DNA of 64,000 bases. Source: Gammaproteobacteria bacterium. Lineage in GTDB: Bacteria; Pseudomonadota; Gammaproteobacteria; Eutrophobiales; Eutrophobiaceae. Positions within the stretch are counted from its first letter, which is position 1, and each line of letters begins with the position of its first letter. The stretch lies in contig CBDCTH010000004.1 of assembly GCA_965222155.1 (NCBI GenBank), positions 288,001 to 352,000 on the forward strand. Direction: 5' to 3'. Of the stretch, positions 41,525-51,213 are shown piece by piece. The position numbers and the translations under genes are program-made. The notes beneath the pieces are model-generated. The model ran no database searches. It was given only the letters and a program-made list of their open reading frames with translations, and had not been told where the DNA came from.

Positions 41525-42138
41525 AGTTATCCGATGAATGTCACATTACTATTGCGTATCGAATGACTGGGCCCATTCGTCTTTTTGACAACAAATTCCT
41601 AAAGACGTGAAGAAATTTTCCAGGAAACTACCCGTAAAAACGATTTTGCCTTTTCTCATTGTTCATCCCCTTCACATGTTTTTCCGGCAAAAAGGTGCCG
41701 GGCCATGTGACCATCACACAAAGAAAAGGTGAAGTCCTGCCTATTCGCCAGGACTCAGGGAGCTACCCCAAGTTAGGTTACAGGCTATTTTATTTAGCAG
41801 GGAACCCGACAGGGCAGGTTCTCTGTTGATGGCCACTGGTCGAAGTATAACAAAATGTCTGACTATAGTTTTGACATTTTGACATTGCAGATTAAAGAGT
41901 CAGTGATAAACGGTATCAGTAAAAAAATAGTTGTCATACTGGAATTCGTAATCGGATTACTACACTTCAAGACAGACTTATGCAGAAAAGACGAGATCCG
42001 ATATCTGTTTTCCAGCTCCTGCCTTACAAAATGTCCGGGAACGTTTCGACGAAAAGAAGGGGACAGACAGCTAAATTCCCGTTTTTTTCCAGAAATCTCT
42101 AAGTTAGATTGGCCCAGTTTTGTAGGACAAGGTTATTT

Positions 42139-43668
42139 TCAGTAATCCAATTCATCCATAAATTTTACAATTTTACTTTCCAGCACAGTTAGTTGAGCCA
42201 TTAAATGTTTACGTTCTGCAAGTTCATCCATCAAGTCAATTTGTTCCTTCTCCTTATAAGAATCGACATAAAGCGGAATATTTAAGTTATATTCATTCTC
42301 ATCGAGCTCTTCAAGGCTGGCTAGGTAAGCATATTTATGCGTGCTTACGCGGTCCCGGTAAGTAGCCACGATTTTAGCTATGTTCTCATCAGTTAGCTGG
42401 TTTTGGTATTTACCTCCTTTGAATTCATGGCTAGCGTCAATGAATAGCACAGAATTATCCGTTTTCGCCATTTTAAGAACCAGGATAACGACTGGAATGC
42501 TCGTGCCATAGAAAAGCTTTGCCGGTAGGCCTATTACCGCATCTAGTAGATTATCCTCGATCAGTTTCTTCCTAATCCTGCCTTCACGTAAGCCCCTGAA
42601 AAGAACACCGTGTGGCACCACTACACCAATACGTCCGGTTTTGGGCTTCAATGTTGCTAACATATGTAAGATAAATGCATAAATGCCCTTGGACTTGGGG
42701 GGAAGGCCTCGATGGAAGCGGCCATAATTGTCATCTTTGGCCTCATCGTATCCCCATTTGTTTAGCGAAAACGGCAGGCTGGCGGCCACGACATCAAACA
42801 ATAATAAGCCACCATTTTTATCCAACAGTTTGGGATTTTGTATTGTATCGCCCCATTCGATAGTATGGTTATTCTCCCCGTGCAGGAGCAAATTCATCTT
42901 GGCTATCGACCAGATGCCACCCAAAACTTCCTGACCATACAAAGCATATTCTTTACTTTTGTGGTTGGTGATTACTTTTTTTCCAAACTCTAGCAACAGC
43001 GAACCGGAGCCGCAGGCAGGGTCACAAATTCTGTCACCTGGTTGTGGGTCCAACAGTTCAGCGAGCAAATTACTGACCTCTGGTGGCGTATAAAAATCAC
43101 CGTCCTTCCGTTCACCACTGGCGGCAAAATTATTCATCAAAAATTCAAAAGCATTGCCGATCACATCCGGGGCGCCAACGCGGCTTGGTTTTAAATTTAG
43201 GTCTGGTTTGGCAAAGTCCTCCAGTAAGTGGCATAGGATGGCATTTTTCTGATTTTCTTCGCCAAGTTCATCGGAATTAAACGATAGGTATTGGAACACG
43301 CTATTACCGTCACCTTTGAGTTGAGTGCTGTTAACTTCTTCAAGGACGTGAAGGGCCTGGTTTATGCGCTCTCCATTACCCGGTTCGTGACGGTGCTGGC
43401 ACAGGTTGTAGAAGTTGGCGTCGAAGGGTATGGAAAAGCTTACATTTCTTATCTCGTCTTCGATTAATTCCTGTTTGCTGTCGTATTCTGCTTCGTAATC
43501 TCCATAACGATCCCGCCAGACATCAGAGAGGTACTTGAGAAACAATATAGAAAGGATAAGACCTTTGTACGTGTCGACACTAACGATTCCACGAAAGGAA
43601 TTGCAAGCAGCCCATAGAGCACTGTTAATGCTGTCTTGATAATTTAATCCTTTATCTAATCCATTCAT
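42139..43668 (-). CDS. hsdM: Type I R-M methyltransferase subunit with altered catalytic motif
   Basis: FYTP, DPACGSG, VPHGVLFRG, YNLNIP; motif IV reads SLPF instead of NPPF. Confidence 0.88.
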   Translation of the reverse strand: MNGLDKGLNYQDSINSALWAACNSFRGIVSVDTYKGLILSILFLKYLSDVWRDRYGDYEAEYDSKQELIEDEIRNVSFSIPFDANFYNLCQHRHEPGNGERINQALHVLEEVNSTQLKGDGNSVFQYLSFNSDELGEENQKNAILCHLLEDFAKPDLNLKPSRVGAPDVIGNAFEFLMNNFAASGERKDGDFYTPPEVSNLLAELLDPQPGDRICDPACGSGSLLLEFGKKVITNHKSKEYALYGQEVLGGIWSIAKMNLLLHGENNHTIEWGDTIQNPKLLDKNGGLLLFDVVAASLPFSLNKWGYDEAKDDNYGRFHRGLPPKSKGIYAFILHMLATLKPKTGRIGVVVPHGVLFRGLREGRIRKKLIEDNLLDAVIGLPAKLFYGTSIPVVILVLKMAKTDNSVLFIDASHEFKGGKYQNQLTDENIAKIVATYRDRVSTHKYAYLASLEELDENEYNLNIPLYVDSYKEKEQIDLMDELAERKHLMAQLTVLESKIVKFMDELDY

Positions 43669-43718
43669 GTTTCACTGTTAATTTGCAATTTACAATGTAG
43701 TGCTTCGCTGGTTTATTC

Positions 43719-44327
43719 TTATTGTTGTTTTAGTGTTGCCAATAAGTCGCTGGCAATGGTGTTCATCAACCGTTCACTATTACGTAACATTTGCTCAACA
43801 ATCTTCTTTTCCTGCCTCAGGGTGTTGGCCAGGTCAATGATGGCGCGCTGCTTAGCGAGCTTAGGCAACGCTACGGTTACATCTTCCAGCACACTGCGAC
43901 GTATGCTTTTTGTCAAGGTGCCTTCGGCATTTTGTTCTAAGTAGCTTTGGCAGGGGCGTTGATTTAAGAACCACGCCAAGTACCCGGGGATAACGTCATT
44001 GGACCTCAGTCTGATTACAAAGAAGTGTGGTGCGGCAACGGCCTGGATCCTTGCTTGAAACATCTCCTCATGTATGAGCACAGCATAGTAATGATTTCCA
44101 CGCGCTGCTACCAATATATCGCCAGGTTGCAGGTAGTTAGGTTCACGCTTGCCGGTCAACTCTGTATGAATGCAACTGGCCCAGTGAATTTCGTTCTGAG
44201 CAGTAATATCTTTCATCTGAACCGCGACAACGCCTGAGCCAGCCACTTCAGGAATTTTTCCCCGAAACGGATAACCAGCATTGATATCCGCAATTTGTTT
44301 CAGTTTTATCACACTTACTTGTTTCAT
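43719..44327 (-). CDS. Single-TRD HsdS-like specificity protein
   Basis: KLKQIADINAG, LQPGDIL, YLAWFLN, LPKLAKQRAI. Confidence 0.8.
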   Translation of the reverse strand: MKQVSVIKLKQIADINAGYPFRGKIPEVAGSGVVAVQMKDITAQNEIHWASCIHTELTGKREPNYLQPGDILVAARGNHYYAVLIHEEMFQARIQAVAAPHFFVIRLRSNDVIPGYLAWFLNQRPCQSYLEQNAEGTLTKSIRRSVLEDVTVALPKLAKQRAIIDLANTLRQEKKIVEQMLRNSERLMNTIASDLLATLKQQ

Positions 44328-44533
44328 AGATAATGATGCAATAAATATATGTTGACTCGAGACAAATGTCAATTTATGATTGTTTCATCGACGATGATGC
44401 ATTGTGCGAGATATGTATGGAGATTAGTATTCTTCAAGAGTTTCACCTAGAACAATGAAAGTAACTGTTGAAATCACCCGCCGGTTGGATTGTTACGAAC
44501 CGACTACTGAACAGGCAGAAGGTCACATAACAG

Positions 44534-44595
44534 CTTCGCGCAATAAAAAGACGCGCTTTCAACACGAAATTCCCGACTTTGATTTGGGGAAAACA
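44534..44595 (+). repeat. 62-bp direct repeat, copy 2
   Basis: Identical to 39318-39379. Confidence 0.92.
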
Positions 44596-44911
44596 ATCTA
44601 GTGAACATCTGATTAAGTCCCCATAATATGAGATCATGGACCAAGGTAAACCAACAAGGTGAATTCATGCAGCAGGAATCTTTTCAGAATTGGCCCAAGT
44701 CAGTGACGCTCATCGTCTGGATGGGTCGCCTGGAGTATTGGCTGACTAATATCAGTATCACCGTAATCTCGTGTCGACCTTTTTTCAGGTAGTGGTGGGT
44801 TTGTTAAAGGTGCTTAACAAAGATACAAAATAGTATTAAATGAGACTACATAATCCGGCATTGCCAAAATTATGACACATTTTAAGAGCGGGACTTAACT
44901 GGAGGTTCCCT

Positions 44912-45808
44912 ATGATCCACCCTGAATATCAGTATCTAAACCTGCTAAAACTTCTCGTTGAAAACGGTGATGAAAGAGAGGACCGAACTGGGGTGGGAAC
45001 CCGTGCAGTTTTTGGTTACGAAATGCGCTTCAACCTGGAGGATGGATTTCCTATATTCACAACAAAAAGAGTATTTTGGAAAACGGCATTTAAAGAGATG
45101 CTTTGGATGCTTTCAGGTGGGACAAACATTCGCGAGCTGTTGGAGCAGAATGTGAGAATTTGGACTGCGTGGCCACTGGAAAAATATCGGAAGACCACTG
45201 GCGAAAATATATCTCAGGATGAATTTGAAAAACGAATCCTGGATGATGAGATGTTCGCTAAAAAGTGGGGAGACCTGGGACCGGTTTATGGCAAGCAGTG
45301 GCGTCGATGGGTCACACGTGATGGGAGAGAAATTGATCAAGTTCAACTCGTCATTGACAAGATCAGAAACGAACCATACGGACGACGGATTCTCTGGGAT
45401 GGATGGAACGTCGGAGAAATTGGGGAGATGGCGCTTCCACCATGCCATAAACACTATCAATTTTTTGTAAAGCCTAAAGACAGCAAACTTTGTGGAGCTT
45501 TAATCCAGAGGAGCGCGGACTCTTTTTTAGGTTTAGCATGGAACGTTGCCAACTTAGCACTCGTGACGACACTGTTGGCAGAACAGACCAATTTACAGCC
45601 AGGGGAGATCGTCTGGTACGGCCTCGATGTCCACCTATACCTGAACCACATCTCCCAGGCTAAAGAACAAGTGTTGCGAGAACCCCGTCCATTCCCGACA
45701 CTCAAAATCAAACGTCGTGCGACAACCCTGTTTGACTACCGAATAGAGGATTTTGATTTGGAAAACTACGATCCACATCCCCATATATCAGCACCAATGG
45801 CAGTTTAA
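44912..45808 (+). CDS. thyA: Island-borne thymidylate synthase (intact, divergent)
   Basis: DRTGVGT, GPVYGKQWR, MALPPCH, QRSAD, DVHLYLNH, APMAV end; GGAGG RBS. Confidence 0.95.
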   Translation: MIHPEYQYLNLLKLLVENGDEREDRTGVGTRAVFGYEMRFNLEDGFPIFTTKRVFWKTAFKEMLWMLSGGTNIRELLEQNVRIWTAWPLEKYRKTTGENISQDEFEKRILDDEMFAKKWGDLGPVYGKQWRRWVTRDGREIDQVQLVIDKIRNEPYGRRILWDGWNVGEIGEMALPPCHKHYQFFVKPKDSKLCGALIQRSADSFLGLAWNVANLALVTTLLAEQTNLQPGEIVWYGLDVHLYLNHISQAKEQVLREPRPFPTLKIKRRATTLFDYRIEDFDLENYDPHPHISAPMAV

Positions 45809-45816
45809 TAAAATCA

Positions 45817-48558
45817 GTGACCACCAAACAAAACATAATAGGCGGTGAATGCCCAGAAAACACACCAGGTTGCATATGCAGAGAGATACGGCAACTCTAT
45901 GAAAATCGCGAGTTAAGACTCTATCGTGGGAAAATTTCTCAGAGGGATCTTCAACGCATTCTAGGGTCACCAGTCCACTCACTTTATTCATCTTCGAAAA
46001 ATAGGTTATATGAACAGGCTCGTCGATGTATTGCAAATTTCGATAAGTACTTATACAGCTGCGGTCATGGTACAGTCTGGGAAGAAAAAATTCCCCAAAT
46101 CGAGGCCTATTTAGAAATACAAAAAAAGGCCAAGACTCTACCGGTTAATCCAAGTGGGGATCTCGGCAGAACTACGGTATTAAAGCAATTTGGTATGGGC
46201 AAAAACGATACAAGCACCATACAAAATCGCGCCCCCCGTCTTAAGGCACTATTGGATAGATACGACATTACAGCAAAAGATCCCGCGTATTCACAGTATA
46301 AATATACAAAGTTCAATAAGGAATTAAAGCTACTACTCGAAGATCCAGACCTGAGTCTAACTCATGATCGAGTTGTAAATCTCAAATGGTTAAGCGAGAG
46401 GCTAGGAATTCCGGTACATGCGTTACAGAAAACACCTCAGTTAAAAGCCTTAGTTGCGGACAAGCAACGTGAAATTGATCGCCTTAGCCGTAAAGGGGAG
46501 ACACAACAATACTTCAGAATAAACGGAGTTTACCACCTAAACGTTGGTGCTAAGCCTTACTCAGATAAGCACAAACGAATATTTAACTTCAGTCGTCTAA
46601 TTGACTGCTATGGGCTCAATTTCACAGAAAAAGCCGCAACAGTTTTTGTGTCATTGATTTCAAATCTTGTATCGCCAGAGGCACAATACCGTCGAATTAT
46701 TCACTTTCTATTGTGGCTTGCAAAAGAGTCCCATCTGCATGGTGAAATAGTAGAGCGTCTCAAGAATAATAAACAGATCGATGGAACGATGTTTGAGCGG
46801 GCAATATTTTATTATAAGGAAGCAATTCTGTTTGATTTAAGTAAAAATGACATAAGCTGGAAATCTTCAAAATTCGAACTAGTCGTACTTCAGAAATTTG
46901 CAGATGCTGGAGTATTCCCGCAGATTAGAATTCCTGGAAAAAAAAGGGGGAATGTTCCTCGTGCCATCCGACCTAGGTCGTCTTTGGCCGAGGCTAAAAC
47001 AAAGACTGATGGTCTGAAGAATATTGCCCAGCTAATGGACACCACTAGCGCCCATTTTAATGTCAAGTTTGATATGGGCGAGGATACTATCGATTTTGCA
47101 GAAAATCTGGCAAGAGAGATAAATCAACGGGAGGACCTTCCAAAGGACCTGTCGCAAGCGGTTTGTGTCTTATGTGATGAGAGATTAACAGCTCTGCGAG
47201 TGTCCGCTTCAAAAATATTTGAAAGTTGGCGAGAACAGTATGAGTTAGGCCGGCAGTTGATTAGCCGTTCTCATGGAGAAGGTCATGCTATCTATCGTAA
47301 GCTACAAAATGCGGGAACAAACAAAAGTTCTTATAAATGGAAAAACACCGTCGCGGTTCTGTTTCCAAAACAAAATATTGAGATCGCACTGTGTAACCTG
47401 CTATCACTTGTCGATGAGTGTTTCAACGCAATATGTCCGTTAGTGACTACACATGAGTGGGGTCATTCTTGGACAAAGTTATACAATAAGATCGGCGGCA
47501 AGAATAGGGTGCAGTCGTTCTTATCTCCCACTAGTCTAGTGGCCTCTGCTGTAATTTGTCTCTATTTGTGTGAGACGGGAGCAAATGAGGCTGTTGCGAT
47601 ATCAATGGAGTCTGGTGCTATAAGACCATCGAATGTACCCAATCATCTGACTATAGTTGGAAACAAGGCCCGATCAAAAGGTAAGGCAATTTACGAAGAC
47701 CTTCCGCTTAAAAGTACGATTGATGGTTGTACCAGTGCCGCTGAGGCAATGTCATATTATCAGAGTGCGACTGATCGTTATCGCACAACAGATACTGAGC
47801 AGACTAAGCGACTATTTCTCTACATCGATCGTAGTAAAGTCAGACATATCACAGAATGGAAGCTACGGGAAGACATTTTGAAGATTTCCACTGACTCAAA
47901 AGAGCTATCAACTCTAAAGATTACTCCTTCCATGATTCGTCCGACCGTGCTACTCATGGAACATCTGAAAAATCCAATGAATCTGGGCGTGACACAGCTT
48001 CGTGCGAGGCATGAAAAAGACGGAACGACGCTCGGGTACGTTGGCAAGTTGCCATTAAGGCTAATTCTCACTGAAAAAATTCGCGAGTTCCAAGACACGA
48101 TACAGGTTATTGCAGTTAGCGGTCTTAAAGATGCACGGAATAAGCTAAGTATAGATCAAAACGACTGGGATGCTGCGAGTGATCGTGTCCAGCGCACCGG
48201 ATTGGGAACATTCTGTTTTGACCCAGAGGCAGGCGCTCAGCCTGACTACCCAAAGGGGAATAAATGCCAAGCACTTGATCGATGCCTGACCTACCCCTTA
48301 AAAATCGTCGTCGCGGAACCACAATCCATAGCAGATATGATTATTTGGAAAAAGGCGTTTGAATCTGCTGAAGGCAGATTTCTTGATGAGCGATATGAAC
48401 GTTGGGAGACAGTCTGGATGCCATGGCAAGTATTTATCCAGGTGGTTTTGGACGAGAAGATGACACGAGGGGAGCTTGCGAATATAAAAATGGAAGCGCA
48501 GAAAATTGCAAATTTGCGCATGCAATCGAAAGACTTCAAGTTACCCATGCCATGGTAA
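45817..48558 (+). CDS. Large tyrosine-recombinase-like protein (913 aa), degenerate active site
   Basis: ETGAN in place of the box I Arg, PSMIRPT, ARHEKDGTTLGY, Cys-rich tail. Confidence 0.65.
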   Translation: MTTKQNIIGGECPENTPGCICREIRQLYENRELRLYRGKISQRDLQRILGSPVHSLYSSSKNRLYEQARRCIANFDKYLYSCGHGTVWEEKIPQIEAYLEIQKKAKTLPVNPSGDLGRTTVLKQFGMGKNDTSTIQNRAPRLKALLDRYDITAKDPAYSQYKYTKFNKELKLLLEDPDLSLTHDRVVNLKWLSERLGIPVHALQKTPQLKALVADKQREIDRLSRKGETQQYFRINGVYHLNVGAKPYSDKHKRIFNFSRLIDCYGLNFTEKAATVFVSLISNLVSPEAQYRRIIHFLLWLAKESHLHGEIVERLKNNKQIDGTMFERAIFYYKEAILFDLSKNDISWKSSKFELVVLQKFADAGVFPQIRIPGKKRGNVPRAIRPRSSLAEAKTKTDGLKNIAQLMDTTSAHFNVKFDMGEDTIDFAENLAREINQREDLPKDLSQAVCVLCDERLTALRVSASKIFESWREQYELGRQLISRSHGEGHAIYRKLQNAGTNKSSYKWKNTVAVLFPKQNIEIALCNLLSLVDECFNAICPLVTTHEWGHSWTKLYNKIGGKNRVQSFLSPTSLVASAVICLYLCETGANEAVAISMESGAIRPSNVPNHLTIVGNKARSKGKAIYEDLPLKSTIDGCTSAAEAMSYYQSATDRYRTTDTEQTKRLFLYIDRSKVRHITEWKLREDILKISTDSKELSTLKITPSMIRPTVLLMEHLKNPMNLGVTQLRARHEKDGTTLGYVGKLPLRLILTEKIREFQDTIQVIAVSGLKDARNKLSIDQNDWDAASDRVQRTGLGTFCFDPEAGAQPDYPKGNKCQALDRCLTYPLKIVVAEPQSIADMIIWKKAFESAEGRFLDERYERWETVWMPWQVFIQVVLDEKMTRGELANIKMEAQKIANLRMQSKDFKLPMPW

Positions 48559-50630
48559 TGAATGATCATTTAATACAAACACAGTTTACTGATAGTGAGA
48601 ATTTGATATCAGGGATTTTCGCTAACGCAAATACAGATAGATGGTTGGCATCCGTTTCGAGTGACCTTAGCCAATGGCAGATCTTCGATCTGGCGGGAAA
48701 CACCAGGCGAGAGTCACTGATAGACCTAAAATTTAAACTGGCGGACGGTAGTATGCTAACGGACGCACAGAATCGTGATTTGTTTATTATTGCAGTCGAA
48801 TATCTGGTGCTAATACGAATGTATTCGCCTGAAATGACCGCGAGTATACAAAGGAAACGGGTTAGGGATTTGCTGACATTCTACTTTTGGTTAAGTCAGC
48901 GTAGAGTCCGTTCGCTCCAGGCGGTCTCTCGTGACCACATTGATCTCTACACAGAAGCAAGTGTTTATGGCCAGGAATGGGCGACAGAAGCTCCTCAACG
49001 GCTTGTAAAGTATCTGCAGCACTGTCGTGAAAATGACGAAGAATTACCGAAGGAAAAACGCTGTCTAACTCGAGTATCGCGAAGCCGTCTTTATCGGGCG
49101 GCGGGGATCAGTTGGCCTACTGCTGAGCACTTGCACATCTGTTCACATATTATGAAGAGAGTAGAGAAAATAGGCCTGAATGAAGAACTGAGACTGCCAA
49201 TTCGCGATATATTGAGACTGTGTGGATATACGTTACAACCAAATACACAGGTACGCTTGAACGCAACGCTGCTACCTTTAGAAGAACTGTGGGAATGGAG
49301 ACACCAATTTTCCAAACCTACCCTAACAATTTGTCCCTATCCACATGGTGCATCGATGAGAGCGAAGCAGCTTGGGCGCGCTTCCGAACGACATAAGACT
49401 ATCCCGCCCCAGATTGCAATGCGGTATCTGAACGAAGCACTGAAATGGGTCATCGAATATTCTCCAGTCATTTTGCGCGGCATTGCCCAAAACTGGGACT
49501 GTCTTTATTTTACAAATTCCTTGTCGGCAATTGGGCTCAACATCACGGTATGTGATCATGAAAAACCTGCTATTTCTACTCGTAAGCGGAGCGTTAATCG
49601 CTATGGGCTAATTCGACTTCTTGGAGTTGCCTGCTTTATCGTTATTGCAAGCTTATCGGCGCGTAGACGTGGAGAGATATTGGAGCTTGGTGCTGGCCGT
49701 TGCAAGCAGGATTCAAGAGGTAAATATTGGTTAAAGCCCTATATTGAAAAGACATATCAACAATATGATGAGATCCCTGTTCCGAATTGCGTTTATGAAA
49801 GCATTCACCTTATGGAAACGCTCAGCGAAACTGCGCGTCAGGAGACAAATAGAGATTATATCTGGAAATTTCGACAGCCCTGGGATGGAAAATGTCGCGA
49901 TTTTCGCCCACAGAATTATCTCAATCAGTTCCGTCAATTATGTTCGTCCCTCTCAGGAACAGAATGGAGATTTTCATCACATCAGTTTCGTAGATTTTTT
50001 GCGATTGCTTACTTTAATTTTTTTGAAAAAGGGGATGTTGTAGCGCTGTCGTATCATCTTCGTCATCGTGAACTGGAAGATACCAAACATTATGTGACCG
50101 ACACTGAATTCGGAAAGCTATTGAAAGATGTATTCGGCGAATGGCAAGCATATTTTCTCAGGGATGTAGTACTTGGAACACGAAGCGTAGGCGGGAAAGC
50201 CGGACAGTGGTTAAACCAAAAGATTCATAAACTGCGACAACGTTTCCGAAAAGATGTCGAGGTTGTTAGCGTTGATCGTGTTGTCGATAGAATTCTGAGG
50301 TTAGTACGCAAGCTAGGAGTTCCACTTAAACTCCACATATGGGGAACTGTATGTGCATGTCCGCGGAAAACCTCATTTTCTAAGTATGCAAGTTGTAAAG
50401 GTTCAGCCGCCACTGGACCAAACTTTGCCAATGCGACGGAAGAGCTATGTGGCGTATGTCCTTTTGCGATTCAAACTTCTACCTACAAATCAAATGCTAA
50501 ATCGGCGTTAACGAACAGACGAAATCTGGCAAACGGATTAACCCAGGGCTCTTTGATACAGGAATTCGCAGCAACGAGTTCCGAGAGGTTGGAAAGTATC
50601 ATTGAAAAAGGAGAACCCTTTCCGCTTTAG
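48558..50630 (+). CDS. Tyrosine recombinase/integrase (~690 aa)
   Basis: SARRRGEI, HQFRRFFA, HLRH...TKHY; TAATG coupling to the upstream gene. Confidence 0.85.
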   Translation: MNDHLIQTQFTDSENLISGIFANANTDRWLASVSSDLSQWQIFDLAGNTRRESLIDLKFKLADGSMLTDAQNRDLFIIAVEYLVLIRMYSPEMTASIQRKRVRDLLTFYFWLSQRRVRSLQAVSRDHIDLYTEASVYGQEWATEAPQRLVKYLQHCRENDEELPKEKRCLTRVSRSRLYRAAGISWPTAEHLHICSHIMKRVEKIGLNEELRLPIRDILRLCGYTLQPNTQVRLNATLLPLEELWEWRHQFSKPTLTICPYPHGASMRAKQLGRASERHKTIPPQIAMRYLNEALKWVIEYSPVILRGIAQNWDCLYFTNSLSAIGLNITVCDHEKPAISTRKRSVNRYGLIRLLGVACFIVIASLSARRRGEILELGAGRCKQDSRGKYWLKPYIEKTYQQYDEIPVPNCVYESIHLMETLSETARQETNRDYIWKFRQPWDGKCRDFRPQNYLNQFRQLCSSLSGTEWRFSSHQFRRFFAIAYFNFFEKGDVVALSYHLRHRELEDTKHYVTDTEFGKLLKDVFGEWQAYFLRDVVLGTRSVGGKAGQWLNQKIHKLRQRFRKDVEVVSVDRVVDRILRLVRKLGVPLKLHIWGTVCACPRKTSFSKYASCKGSAATGPNFANATEELCGVCPFAIQTSTYKSNAKSALTNRRNLANGLTQGSLIQEFAATSSERLESIIEKGEPFPL

Positions 50631-50640
50631 TCTTAGGTGA

Positions 50641-51171
50641 ATGATGAATAATACCAAGCGAGCAGGAGCACTGAGGCAGCAAATTCAAGTCCGTTTAGAA
50701 ATATTGGGGCGTTGGCAGGATAATGGTATCCCGGAAGGTTACAAGGTACCCGACTCCCTAAACAAGGTACGTACCTGGGAGGATGATTCACTTGGAATCC
50801 AGCGGATCGGCAGCCCATCGTCTTTTACCACCAGTCATTCTAGGTATGGTGGACAGGTAAAAAAGATTGCCAAGATCCTTGAGGAGTTAAATCGATCGAA
50901 GAGGAAAAAGCCTCGAAAAAACTCCAGTACTCAGCTACTTCACCAAGAAAGGGAGAAACTAGAGCACTACGAAAAAGCTCTCGTAGAAGCGGCTAATCAA
51001 TACGCAGTAATCACTGTTAATCTGAAAGAAGCCCAGCGTGATCTCCGTATTGACAGACAGAGTCTTGAATCGGCAAATAATGAGATTAAGCAGCTCAAGT
51101 CTCAATTGGCAAGGACGGAAAGTAGCAAACGGGTTGTCAGGTTTCCAGGAAGCGATGTTACATCAAATTAG
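50641..51171 (+). CDS. Small basic coiled-coil protein (TnpC/GmtX-like accessory)
   Basis: Heptad-rich C-terminus; position between recombinases. Confidence 0.6.
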   Translation: MMNNTKRAGALRQQIQVRLEILGRWQDNGIPEGYKVPDSLNKVRTWEDDSLGIQRIGSPSSFTTSHSRYGGQVKKIAKILEELNRSKRKKPRKNSSTQLLHQEREKLEHYEKALVEAANQYAVITVNLKEAQRDLRIDRQSLESANNEIKQLKSQLARTESSKRVVRFPGSDVTSN

Positions 51172-51213
51172 AACCAGGTGGGGCAACCATACCATATATA
51201 ACTTTTCTCGTTA

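Noticed and set aside
39208-44900. Group I intron or intein in thyA
   Set aside because: Site resembles the td intron site, but no 3' exon, recognisable intron core or homing endonuclease is seen, and the frame closes at 39330.
48402-48557. Upstream extension of the second recombinase
   Set aside because: Overlaps the previous gene; TAATG coupling at 48558 is the better start.
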